Below, piece by piece: positions 1 through 7,931 of a DNA stretch of 32,000 nucleotides (the stretch's first letter is position 1; each line of letters starts with the position of its first letter). A program made the translations under genes and the position numbers. This stretch comes from Nitratidesulfovibrio vulgaris str. Hildenborough (GTDB lineage: Bacteria > Desulfobacterota > Desulfovibrionia > Desulfovibrionales > Desulfovibrionaceae): positions 1,470,001 to 1,502,000 of the forward strand of contig NC_002937.3 in assembly GCF_000195755.1 (NCBI RefSeq), read 5' to 3'. The notes beneath the pieces were generated by a model. That model saw only the letters and a program-made list of their open reading frames with translations, was not told the origin of the DNA and did no database searches.

Positions 1-241
1 CAACGCCCTGCATGAGATCGTCCGCCTTGCCGAGGCGGCATCCGATCAGGTGCGTTCCATCGCCACTGCGAGCGAAGAGCAGTCGGCTGCATCCGACGAG
101 ATCAACCGTGCCATTGAAGAGGTCAACCGCATCGCATCCGAAACCAGCGACGCCATGGGGCAATCGGCTCAGGCCGTTGGTGAACTTGCGGAACAGGCGC
201 AACAGCTGCAGTCCATCATCACGGAGATGCAGCAGGCGTAG
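1..241 (+). CDS. Methyl-accepting chemotaxis protein, C-terminal fragment (5' end outside window)
   Basis: The open frame runs from the window edge (codons from nt 2) to the stop at 239-241. Translation ...NALHEIVRLAEAASDQVRSIATASEEQSAASDEINRAIEEVNRIASETSDAMGQSAQAVGELAEQAQQLQSIITEMQQA is the conserved MCP signalling hairpin (ASEEQSA...EI motif) plus the C-terminal helix. Confidence 0.85.
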   Translation, partial: NALHEIVRLAEAASDQVRSIATASEEQSAASDEINRAIEEVNRIASETSDAMGQSAQAVGELAEQAQQLQSIITEMQQA

Positions 242-321
242 CACAGACTGTCGCACAATGGCACTGTCGTCCTGCTGTTGCCGTTCAGCAACCGCATATC
301 AGGACGCAGTGGTCTACGATG

Positions 322-363
322 AAAAAGTCCCCGGCAGAGGATAGCCTGCCGGGGACTTTTTTC
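322..363. terminator. Bidirectional rho-independent terminator shared by the MCP gene (+) and the AEC permease gene (-)
   Basis: Perfect 12-bp stem AGTCCCCGGCAG (327-338) / CTGCCGGGGACT (346-357). It is preceded by an A-run (gaaaaa) and followed by a T-run (tttttt), and sits between convergent genes. Confidence 0.8.
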
Positions 364-406
364 ATCGCCTTCTGTCAGCGCCATGCCGTCTGGCGACACG
401 CCTGCA

Positions 407-1372
407 TCACAGGAGGTGCATGTGCTGCAGGGCCGCGATGGTGAGCGGGATGGTGAGCATCGATGCGGCTGTGTTGGCGAGAATGGCCCGTGACGTCTCT
501 CCGGTACAGGTGCCGTAGTTCTCGGCCAGCACGTACGCGATGGTGCCGGTGGGCATGCCGGAGAGGATGACGCCCATGGCCAGCCATGCCCCGTCGACGC
601 CGAGGGCCTTGAGGCACAGAAAGGTCACTACCGGCTGTCCAAGCAGTTTCACGGCATTGACCGGTATCTGGCGCAGCAAACCCGCACCGTCACCCTTGCG
701 ACTTACAAGCTGGTTCGCCAGCACCATGCCGATGGCGAAGAGCGCACAAGGCGATGCCGTGCCGCCAAGCATACGGAACATGCCTTCGATGGATGCAGGC
801 AGGGGAACGCGCCCAAGGCAAACGGCAACGCCTGCCACAGTGGAGAGTAGAATGGGATTGGTAGCGAGGGAGCGCGCAAGTTTGCGGGCCAGTCCCTGTT
901 GTTCCGTGCCGTCGGCACTGCGCCTGTACTCCTGCTGCCCGATGACCAGCATGAGCAGCGGAAGCCCGAGAATGGTGCTGATGCTGCTGGCAAGAACGGC
1001 GTCCTCGTTGCCGGGGAAGAGTGCCACCAGCACCGGAAGCCCGAGGAACGCCGTATTCGGAAAGCTGGCGAGGAGGGAGAGCATGCCGCTTTCGCCATGT
1101 CTCCGTCTGAATCCGCCGGAGAAGAGCCCGTAGACGAGCACGAACGAGGCGAACATGCCCGCCACCGTGCCGCCGATGTAGCCGATGCGTGCCAGTTCGG
1201 CCGGTTGCTTGGTGGCGATGGCGATGAAGATGAGCGCGGGCATACCGATGTTGAAGACGAACTGGTTGAGTATGGCGGCTGTGCCGTCGGGCATGATGCG
1301 CATCCGTTCGATGACCATGCCCAGAGCCACGAGGGCGAAGACAGGGAGAAGGGTATTAGCGATGGTTAACAT
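407..1372 (-). CDS. Auxin efflux carrier (AEC) family permease, 321 aa
   Basis: The ORF 407..1513 is trimmed to the ATG at 1372 (MLTIANTLLPVFALVALGMVIE...), which has GGAGGA 5 nt upstream. The protein is polytopic and hydrophobic, with typical AEC/MdcF-like N- and C-terminal sequences. Confidence 0.8.
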   Translation of the reverse strand: MLTIANTLLPVFALVALGMVIERMRIMPDGTAAILNQFVFNIGMPALIFIAIATKQPAELARIGYIGGTVAGMFASFVLVYGLFSGGFRRRHGESGMLSLLASFPNTAFLGLPVLVALFPGNEDAVLASSISTILGLPLLMLVIGQQEYRRSADGTEQQGLARKLARSLATNPILLSTVAGVAVCLGRVPLPASIEGMFRMLGGTASPCALFAIGMVLANQLVSRKGDGAGLLRQIPVNAVKLLGQPVVTFLCLKALGVDGAWLAMGVILSGMPTGTIAYVLAENYGTCTGETSRAILANTAASMLTIPLTIAALQHMHLL

Positions 1373-1511
1373 GGTTCCTCCGGTCGCGGCGGTGGCGAGA
1401 AAGACGTCCAGCCATTGACTGGCATCGCCTGTGATGCCAGCATGGATACCGCGACGGTGGGAAGATAGGTCTGCTCCTTCCGGGTCGCAAGCTGCAAAAA
1501 CTAGGGATGTC

Positions 1512-1526
1512 ATAAGGAAAACTTAT
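1512..1526. promoter_or_regulatory. Candidate LysR-type operator (ATAAG-N5-CTTAT palindrome, T-N11-A-like)
   Basis: Perfect inverted repeat ATAAGgaaaaCTTAT in the divergent intergenic region. It overlaps the LysR start codon (ATG 1525). Confidence 0.3.
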
Positions 1527-2520
1527 GAAGGACGGATTGCCTCCCCTGAACGCACTGGTCGCCTTCGAGGCTGCCGCCCGGCTAGGCAGCATCACGCGGG
1601 CGGCACGCGAGCTTTGTGTGACACAGGCGGCTGTGAGTCAGCAGGTGCGTCGGCTCGAAGGCCATCTCGGGCTTGCCCTGTTCGCCCGGGGCGGGCAGGG
1701 GCTGCGGCTCACCGATGAAGGGCGACGCTATCTGGACGGCATCGCAGGCCCGCTTGCCTCCATTCGCAGGGCTACGGATGCGCTCATGGCCGAAGACACG
1801 TCGGGCGTGCTCACCGTGATCGCGGCGCCGAGCTTCGCCAATCGCTGGATTGTCCCAAGATTCAACCGGTTCTATGAGCGGCATCCCGACATCGACCTGC
1901 GGATAGGCCCTGCGCCGGTCGCTCCCGAGTTGGGGCGTGGCGTTGACATCATCATCTATCACGACATCGGTGACAGGCCGGGTACCTACAGTATGCCGCT
2001 CATGGGGGAACGCATCTTTCCGGTGTGCAGCCCGGAGTTGCTTGACGCCAACGGTGGTGAGGCCGCTTCATTCCTGCGCGGGCAGCTTCTGTTGCGCCAC
2101 GCCCGTGACGGCATGGGGCTGTGGGAGGCGTGGCTCGAAAAGGCGGGATTAGGTGACGAGGGGTTGCGGTTCGGGCCTCGTTTCGACTTCTCCTATCTTG
2201 CCCTCGCAGCCGCGCTTGATGGTGCGGGCGTGGCGCTGGGCCGGACACTTCTCGTAGCCGAAGACCTTGCTGCCGGACGACTTTGCGTTCCCGTCCCGCT
2301 TACCATGGTCGCGCCGCGTCCGTATTGGTTCTGCTGTGCGGAGGCCCATGCCGAACGACCGCGTGTGGCAGCCTTCAGGGAGTGGCTGGTCGACGAGATG
2401 CGACGTGATGCCGACGTGGATGCGTGGCTTCAGTCGCGTGAGGCTGCCTACATCGCCGGACGGGGCGGGGTGGCGTGTCTTGGCGGGGGCGGGTTGTCTC
2501 CGGCCCGCGGGTCATTCTGA
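1525..2520 (+). CDS. LysR-family transcriptional regulator (GcvA-like subfamily), 331 aa
   Basis: N-terminal wHTH LNALVAFEAAARLGSITRAARELCVTQAAVSQQVRRLEGHLGLALF is followed by a LysR substrate-binding domain. The gene is divergent from the AEC permease. Confidence 0.85.
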   Translation: MKDGLPPLNALVAFEAAARLGSITRAARELCVTQAAVSQQVRRLEGHLGLALFARGGQGLRLTDEGRRYLDGIAGPLASIRRATDALMAEDTSGVLTVIAAPSFANRWIVPRFNRFYERHPDIDLRIGPAPVAPELGRGVDIIIYHDIGDRPGTYSMPLMGERIFPVCSPELLDANGGEAASFLRGQLLLRHARDGMGLWEAWLEKAGLGDEGLRFGPRFDFSYLALAAALDGAGVALGRTLLVAEDLAAGRLCVPVPLTMVAPRPYWFCCAEAHAERPRVAAFREWLVDEMRRDADVDAWLQSREAAYIAGRGGVACLGGGGLSPARGSF

Positions 2521-2524
2521 TGCG

Positions 2525-3028
2525 TCAGTATTCGATACCCTTGGTGGCGGTCACACCCTGTTGCCACGGGTGTTTCACTTCACCCATTTCCGTGATGAGG
2601 TCGGCCTCTGCGGCAAGCCATTCCGGAAGTCCACGTCCCGAGAGCACGAGATGCACCCCGCGTTCGCGGGCCTTGTCGACCAGTGCGCGGACTTCGGTTT
2701 CTTCGAGAATGCCGCAGCCGAGGGCGTAGAGAGTCTCGTCAAGCACCAGCATGTCCACGTCTTCCAGTTGCCGCATGCCCCAGTCGAACATGGCGAGGGC
2801 GGCCTCGCGGTGTGCGGGCCTGTCTTCCTCCTTGCGCAGGAAACCCTTTCCGCCAGCGCGGAAACCGTCTCCCAGAAGTCGCGACAGCATGCGCTGTTCA
2901 CCGGCCTGTCCATCCTTCTTCATGAACTGGCCGAACGCGACGTGCATGTCCTGCCCGAGGGCGCGCAGGGTCTGTCCCACGCATGCTGAGGTCTTGCCTT
3001 TGCCGTTACCTGTATAGATGAGGAGCAT
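2525..3028 (-). CDS. cobO: Cob(I)yrinic acid a,c-diamide / cob(I)alamin adenosyltransferase (CobA/CobO/BtuR type), 167 aa
   Basis: The ORF 2525..3340 is trimmed to the ATG at 3028 (MLLIYTGNGKGKTSACVG...). It has the P-loop GNGKGKT and the characteristic C-terminus EMGEVKHPWQQGVTATKGIEY. The start lies 23 nt inside the end of the upstream gene. Confidence 0.85.
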   Translation of the reverse strand: MLLIYTGNGKGKTSACVGQTLRALGQDMHVAFGQFMKKDGQAGEQRMLSRLLGDGFRAGGKGFLRKEEDRPAHREAALAMFDWGMRQLEDVDMLVLDETLYALGCGILEETEVRALVDKARERGVHLVLSGRGLPEWLAAEADLITEMGEVKHPWQQGVTATKGIEY

Positions 3029-4133
3029 GTCCCTTCCGTGTCGTGTGCCCCCAGCCGACACCCGGAATGTGCGCGCCGCAGCGGGGGCATTCCGGGCCGT
3101 TGGGAAGTTGTGTCCTGTAGCCGAAACGTTCGGCGAACAAGGTTCCGCATCCGGGGCAGAAGGTCGATTCGGAGGTGTGCCCCGGCAGGTTGCCGAGATA
3201 CACGAAGTGCAGTCCCGATGCACGTCCGATTTTCCATGCCCGTTCCAGTGTTTCCAGAGGCGTGGGGGGCAGGTGCCCCAGTTCATGGGCGGGGTGGAAG
3301 CGCGAGATGTGCCATGGCACATGTGCACCGAGTTCGTCATGGATGAAGCGTGCTATGGCGGCGAGTTCGTCGTCGCTGTCGTTGAGACCCGGAATGACGA
3401 GCGTCGTCACCTCGACCCACCAGCCGAAGCCCACCATGCGCTTCAGGTTGTCGAGTACCGGGGCGAGGCGTGCCCCGCACACGTCGCGGTAGAAGCGGTC
3501 GCTGAATGCCTTGAGGTCGATGTTGGCGGCCTTGATGCGCGGTCGTAGCGCTTCAAGGCACCGTCTGCTCTGGTATCCGTTGGAGACCATGATGGTGCCG
3601 AGGCCCGATGCGAGCGCGAGGTCTGCCGTACCAGCCATGAGTTCATAGAAGACTGTGGGTTCGGAATACGTGAAGGCGATGCTGGCTGCCCCGCAGGAGA
3701 CGGCCTCCTCGACGAGTACCTGCGGTGTCACCTGATGACCGGGAATGCTGCGCGGCGGCACATAGGTGACTGTCGTCGGGCTGGAAACCCCGTCGTCATG
3801 CGCCGCTGTGGACAGTGACCAGTTCTGGCAGAAGCCGCAGGTGAAATTGCAACCCACGGTGCCAAGTGAGAGTGTGGCTGTGCCGGGAAGGTAGTGGAAC
3901 AGGGGCTTCTTTTCCACGGGGTCGACATGGAGGGCCGCGACCCTGTCGTGGACGAGCGTGTAGAGAGTGCCCCCCTTGTTGTGGCGGACTCCGCAGCGTC
4001 CGCTGCGGCCTTCGGGCACGATGCAATAATGGCTGCAAAGGCGGCAGTGCACCCGCTGTTGCGAGAGTGGCTTCCAGAGGCTTGCCCTGCGTATGTCAGC
4101 GGATGGCGTCATTGTCGTGGCGGGGCAGGTCAT
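3006..4133 (-). CDS. AmmeMemoRadiSam-system-type radical SAM enzyme (PflA-like activase fold), 375 aa
   Basis: Family hallmarks:
- N-terminal Cys-rich segment VHCRLCSHYCIVPEGRSGRCGVRHN
- radical SAM motif CNFTCGFC (nt 3828-3851)
- C-terminal zinc-ribbon-like CPGCG...CPRCG
The ATG at 4133 is preferred over the ATG at 4112, which has no RBS. Confidence 0.8.
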   Translation of the reverse strand: MTCPATTMTPSADIRRASLWKPLSQQRVHCRLCSHYCIVPEGRSGRCGVRHNKGGTLYTLVHDRVAALHVDPVEKKPLFHYLPGTATLSLGTVGCNFTCGFCQNWSLSTAAHDDGVSSPTTVTYVPPRSIPGHQVTPQVLVEEAVSCGAASIAFTYSEPTVFYELMAGTADLALASGLGTIMVSNGYQSRRCLEALRPRIKAANIDLKAFSDRFYRDVCGARLAPVLDNLKRMVGFGWWVEVTTLVIPGLNDSDDELAAIARFIHDELGAHVPWHISRFHPAHELGHLPPTPLETLERAWKIGRASGLHFVYLGNLPGHTSESTFCPGCGTLFAERFGYRTQLPNGPECPRCGAHIPGVGWGHTTRKGHAPHLYR

Positions 4134-4524
4134 GGGGGATACCCCTTTCCCTGATGCGGTCAGGAGGGTTGGTGCCCTGGGACGGAGGCGCAGGGACGTA
4201 GGGAGTGCCGTCGAGACGTATCTCCGGGGCGATGATGAGCGGCGTCTGGTATTGCGGCTGCAATGGAGGCGGCGGCGGGGTCACCTGCATGATGGTGTCG
4301 CCGGTCGCAGGCTCGCGCCCTGTCTGCACATCGCCCCCGGTGCCGAGTATCGTGTCGCGTCGCTCGACCGCCGTGGCCGCATGGAGGTCTCCGGTGGCGA
4401 CCGGGAGGCAGGTCGCCGCGAACACCACGACCATGCAGATGGTCGTGTTACAGAGTCGGGCCATCCGCGCTGTGGCGGCTACTACAGGACGCTTGCACGG
4501 CAGGTGCGGTGAGGCTACTATCAT
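4096..4524 (-). CDS. Hypothetical secreted proline-rich protein, 142 aa
   Basis: The ATG at 4524 has AGAGGA 8 nt upstream. A basic N-region is followed by the hydrophobic segment ICMVVVFAATCLPVATG (signal-peptide-like), then a Pro-rich mature part (VTPPPPPLQPQYQTPL). It fills an otherwise empty 477-nt gap, and the opposite-strand ORF is Arg-rich junk. No family recognised. Confidence 0.5.
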   Translation of the reverse strand: MIVASPHLPCKRPVVAATARMARLCNTTICMVVVFAATCLPVATGDLHAATAVERRDTILGTGGDVQTGREPATGDTIMQVTPPPPPLQPQYQTPLIIAPEIRLDGTPYVPAPPSQGTNPPDRIRERGIPHDLPRHDNDAIR

Positions 4525-4609
4525 GTCTTGTTCCTCTTGCGCTTCAAGGGGTAAAAGCCTATGAAGGGCTTCCGGAAATCCCAAGGGTACATGACGCAAG
4601 GAGCTTTTG

Positions 4610-5662
4610 ATGTCTGAGGATCGTGCAAGAGCCTACACCGAGGCGGGGGTCGATATCAACGCTGGCAATGCCCTCGTTTCCCGCATCAAGTCCATTGTCT
4701 CCAGAACGCATACCAACGGCGTGCTGTCTGACATAGGCGGCTTCGGTGGGCTGTTCAAGCCCGACACTGCCGGTATGGAAGAGCCCGTTCTCGTGGCCTC
4801 TACCGATGGCGTCGGCACAAAGCTCAAGCTGGCGTTCCAGTTCGACAGGCACGATACGGTCGGCATCGATCTCGTGGCCATGAGCGTGAATGACATCCTC
4901 GTACAGGGTGCCCGTCCGCTTTTCTTTCTCGACTACTTCGCCACGGGTAAGCTCGATGTCGAAAAGGCGCAACAGGTCATCAGCGGAGTCGCCGAAGGCT
5001 GCCGCCGCGCCAGTTGCGCCCTGCTTGGCGGCGAGACCGCCGAAATGGCCGATATGTACGCCCCCGGCGAGTATGACCTTGCCGGGTTCTGCGTGGGTAT
5101 CGTCGATAATGCCAAGATCGTCGACGGGGCTTCCATCCGTGTGGGCGACGTGCTCATAGGTCTCGGTTCCACCGGATTGCACTCCAACGGGTACACCCTC
5201 GCGCGAAAGCTTTTCGAACAGAGTGGGCTCTCTCCCGACGACCTGCTGCCCGGCACGGACAGGAAGGTGCAGGATGTCCTCATCGAACCCACCGCCATCT
5301 ACGTCGACGTGGTTCGCAACATCATGCGTGACTTCGACGTCAAGGGCATGGTGCACGTCACCGGCGGCGGCTTCTATGACAACATCCCGCGTGTGCTGCC
5401 TGCCACGGTCGAGGCACATATCACCTTCGGGTCGTGGACGATGCAGCCCGTCTTCAACTGGCTGCTGGCGCAGGGCGGTCTCACCTGGCCCGAGATGTTG
5501 CAGATATTCAACTGTGGCATCGGCTATGTGCTGATCGTCTCGCGTGAGGTGAGCGAAGACATCATGAACCGCCTCGAAGCCATGCACATGCCTTCGTGGG
5601 TCATCGGTTCCATCGAGCGCCGCAAGGACAAGGAGTCCGAGCAGGTGCAGGTGCTCTTCTAG
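4610..5662 (+). CDS. purM: Phosphoribosylformylglycinamidine cyclo-ligase (AIR synthetase), 350 aa
   Basis: The full-length PurM signature is present (YTEAGVDINAGN...DGVGTKLK...LVAMSVNDILVQGA...TGGG). The ATG at 4610 has AAGGAG 6 nt upstream; the track's TTG at 4607 is one codon earlier. Confidence 0.95.
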   Translation: MSEDRARAYTEAGVDINAGNALVSRIKSIVSRTHTNGVLSDIGGFGGLFKPDTAGMEEPVLVASTDGVGTKLKLAFQFDRHDTVGIDLVAMSVNDILVQGARPLFFLDYFATGKLDVEKAQQVISGVAEGCRRASCALLGGETAEMADMYAPGEYDLAGFCVGIVDNAKIVDGASIRVGDVLIGLGSTGLHSNGYTLARKLFEQSGLSPDDLLPGTDRKVQDVLIEPTAIYVDVVRNIMRDFDVKGMVHVTGGGFYDNIPRVLPATVEAHITFGSWTMQPVFNWLLAQGGLTWPEMLQIFNCGIGYVLIVSREVSEDIMNRLEAMHMPSWVIGSIERRKDKESEQVQVLF

Positions 5663-5690
5663 CCCGCAATCATTTTGCCTGATAGCTGAA

Positions 5691-5727
5691 ACGGGCCGGA
5701 ACCGATGGGTTCCGGCCCGTTTGCCGT
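5691..5727 (+). terminator. Rho-independent terminator of purM
   Basis: 13-bp perfect stem ACGGGCCGGAACC (5691-5703) / GGTTCCGGCCCGT (5708-5720), loop GATG, followed by ttgccgtt. Confidence 0.75.
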
Positions 5728-5978
5728 TCATGCATGGAAGTGTGCGGGTGTGCCCCATGTCGTGATCGGGGACGGTTGGGCTGGCTTGGCAGTGGCGGCA
5801 CTGTGGAAAGGTTGCAGGGTGAAAGCCATGGGTGACCGTAACCCGAAAAGGTCGAGCCCGGGATAGCCGCGTCTCCTTCTGTACTTCACGCCTGAAGTCT
5901 ATTCGCCCGATAGTCGCGGGCAGGTCGTATCTGAACCCGCCTGCCCGCGCTTCCGCTCAGGTTGCCGAGAAGGCGAGG

Positions 5979-7454
5979 TCAGTCTTCACAGCTGCAACGG
6001 TTCTCCGACGGTGGTCCGTCATCATGGCTGCCGTCTTGTCCCGCTTCTTCAGGGAGCGCCTCGTCCGGCAGATCCGCATCGTCGAAGTCTTCGGCTTCAG
6101 GTTCTGCTTCGGCGCTCTCGGCGAGTGCGGCAGAGAGCGACGGTGGTTGCCATGCTCCGGGCATGGGAGCGGAGAGTTCAGCCTTGTCACCCACATACGG
6201 GTTGAAATAGCCGAAGCCCAGCCACGGACATTCACGGCGTAGCCGTTTGCGGAAGTTCACCAGCCCCATGGACGGCCCGAAGGTGATGCCTTCGAGCAGT
6301 TCAAGGTACATCTCGGGGTCGATGTTGAGGTTGCGCAACTGGATGAAGCTCACTCCCGTGGCGCGTACGAGTTCGACCAGCGCTTCGGTCTCCGGTTCGG
6401 TGTCGGTGATGCCGGGAAAGAAGAGCAGGTTCAGCGAGACGAAGACGCCACGTTTTCGCGCTTCGACGATGCTCTGCCTCACGTCCGCAAAGCTGTAGCC
6501 ATGCGGCCTGTAGTAGCGCCCGTAGGTCTCTTCGCGGGCGCTGTTGAGGCTGACACGCATGGAGGTGAGACCGGCGTCGGCGAGGGCAGCCACTGCGTCC
6601 GGCAATGAGGCGTTGGTATTGAGGTTCACCGTCCCGCGTCCGCCTCCCGCACGGAACGTGCGGATGGACTCTTCAAGGAGGCGGGCTTCGGTGAGGGGTT
6701 CGCCCTCGCATCCCTGCCCGAACGAGAAGATGGGCTTCTCCACTTCGTTGCGGGAATGGTGTTGCATCACCTCGACGATTTCCTGTGCCGTGGGGGTGAA
6801 GCTCATGCGGTTCTGTGGCGTGGCACAGACCTTGGAACCCTTCTCCTGCTGCGAGATGCAGCCCACGCAACGCGCGTTGCAGGCGCGCGACGTGGGCAGC
6901 GGGGCTTCGTGGCGACCGAGGCAGAGATTGCGTGCGGCAGGGCAGGAGTAGGTCAGGGCGCAGTTGGCCATGAGATGCTGCATGAGGCGGTTGTCGGGGT
7001 AGCGCTGCATGATGGCGTGGGCGTTCTTCTTGATGCGCGCAGGGGGAATGCCCTTGAATACCTGTCGCTTGTCTTCGTCCACACGTTTGGCGCACACGTA
7101 GAACCTTCCGCGTGCGTAGCCGATGGCGCCATACGCGAACAGGGGCAGTGTGGGGGCGTCCTTGTCACTGACATAGGCGGGATGCCCCGTGAGGGTATGG
7201 GCTGGTGATACGAAGGCAGAGACGGCAAGCTCTTCAAGCGCCTCTGCTTCGCCTGTTTCGGGGTCTAGCCCCACGGCGCGCCGTCCGGGCAGAAGGAAGA
7301 TGTCGCTCTCTTCAGGCAGCGGCATGAGTTCGTCCGGGCGGGGCAGTGCGAATTCGTGACCGCGGCGACAGACGAGAAGAAGGTCGGGGTGATCGTAGAT
7401 GTTGCCTTCGGCGTCGGCGACGACGAGGCGGGGGCGGATATGAGCCGAAGCCAT
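5979..7454 (-). CDS. Radical SAM domain protein with uncharacterised N-terminal domain and acidic C-terminal tail, 491 aa
   Basis: The 749-aa ORF is trimmed to the ATG at 7454 (MASAHIRPRLVVADAEGNIYDHPDL...), because upstream codons overlap the divergent genes. It carries the CxxxCxxC motif CNARCVGC (nt 6858-6881) and a SAM-binding-like SFGQGCEGEPL. The RBS is weak, so the start is uncertain. Confidence 0.7.
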   Translation of the reverse strand: MASAHIRPRLVVADAEGNIYDHPDLLLVCRRGHEFALPRPDELMPLPEESDIFLLPGRRAVGLDPETGEAEALEELAVSAFVSPAHTLTGHPAYVSDKDAPTLPLFAYGAIGYARGRFYVCAKRVDEDKRQVFKGIPPARIKKNAHAIMQRYPDNRLMQHLMANCALTYSCPAARNLCLGRHEAPLPTSRACNARCVGCISQQEKGSKVCATPQNRMSFTPTAQEIVEVMQHHSRNEVEKPIFSFGQGCEGEPLTEARLLEESIRTFRAGGGRGTVNLNTNASLPDAVAALADAGLTSMRVSLNSAREETYGRYYRPHGYSFADVRQSIVEARKRGVFVSLNLLFFPGITDTEPETEALVELVRATGVSFIQLRNLNIDPEMYLELLEGITFGPSMGLVNFRKRLRRECPWLGFGYFNPYVGDKAELSAPMPGAWQPPSLSAALAESAEAEPEAEDFDDADLPDEALPEEAGQDGSHDDGPPSENRCSCED

Positions 7455-7590
7455 GATATGTCTCGTGTTGTGGGGGTATGGAGTTTGTGCTAGGTCTTTG
7501 AAGGTAAAGTAAGCCGGGAGCGTCGGCAAGAGGCGTGTCGTTCTGCGGCGGCACGGGTTAGCTCCCCCTTCGTCGCAGGTCAACCTGTTC

Positions 7591-7914
7591 ATGGTATCGA
7601 CGGGCCAACTCATGTTCATGGTTTTCATGCTGCTCGGTTTTGCAGCCCTATGTGTCATGCTCTTCTTCGTTCTAAGATCGCTTGATGAACTTTCCAGAAC
7701 CATCCGTGCCGACAGGGAACGCCTGACCGCCCTTGTCGAGGCGCTCGACGCCAATGTGCGTGAAGGGCTGCGCTTGCAGGGGGTCGTGTTGCCAGAGGCT
7801 GCCAGCACTCCAAAGGCGGACGATGTGCTCGACCTCGGCTTTGCTGCCGGTGCACGTGCTCCCCGGGGGGCCGGTTCCTCTTCCGGTCTGCCGGAACTCA
7901 AGCTTGGTGAATAG
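7591..7914 (+). CDS. Small membrane-anchored coiled-coil protein, 107 aa (hypothetical)
   Basis: An N-terminal TM helix (LMFMVFMLLGFAALCVMLFFVL) is followed by a heptad-like helix (LDELSRTIRADRERLTALVEALDANV) and a low-complexity tail. It is divergent from the radical SAM gene. No family recognised. Confidence 0.5.
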   Translation: MVSTGQLMFMVFMLLGFAALCVMLFFVLRSLDELSRTIRADRERLTALVEALDANVREGLRLQGVVLPEAASTPKADDVLDLGFAAGARAPRGAGSSSGLPELKLGE

Positions 7915-7931
7915 CCGTTGCAGGTGTGCCT

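Noticed and set aside
4559-5758. 399-aa ORF antisense to purM. Similar long antisense ORFs:
- 9686-11359 (557 aa, opposite thiC)
- 25225-26433 (402 aa, opposite vWA-OmpA)
- 27983-29152 and 29410-30372 (opposite gcvPB and gcvPA)
- 15689-16846, 18714-19691, 22379-23458 and 13583-14545
   Set aside because: Each lies opposite a gene with unmistakable family signatures. Their translations are Arg/Gly/His/Asp-rich and low in complexity, with no motifs or RBS. These are the typical stop-poor shadow frames of ~65% GC DNA.
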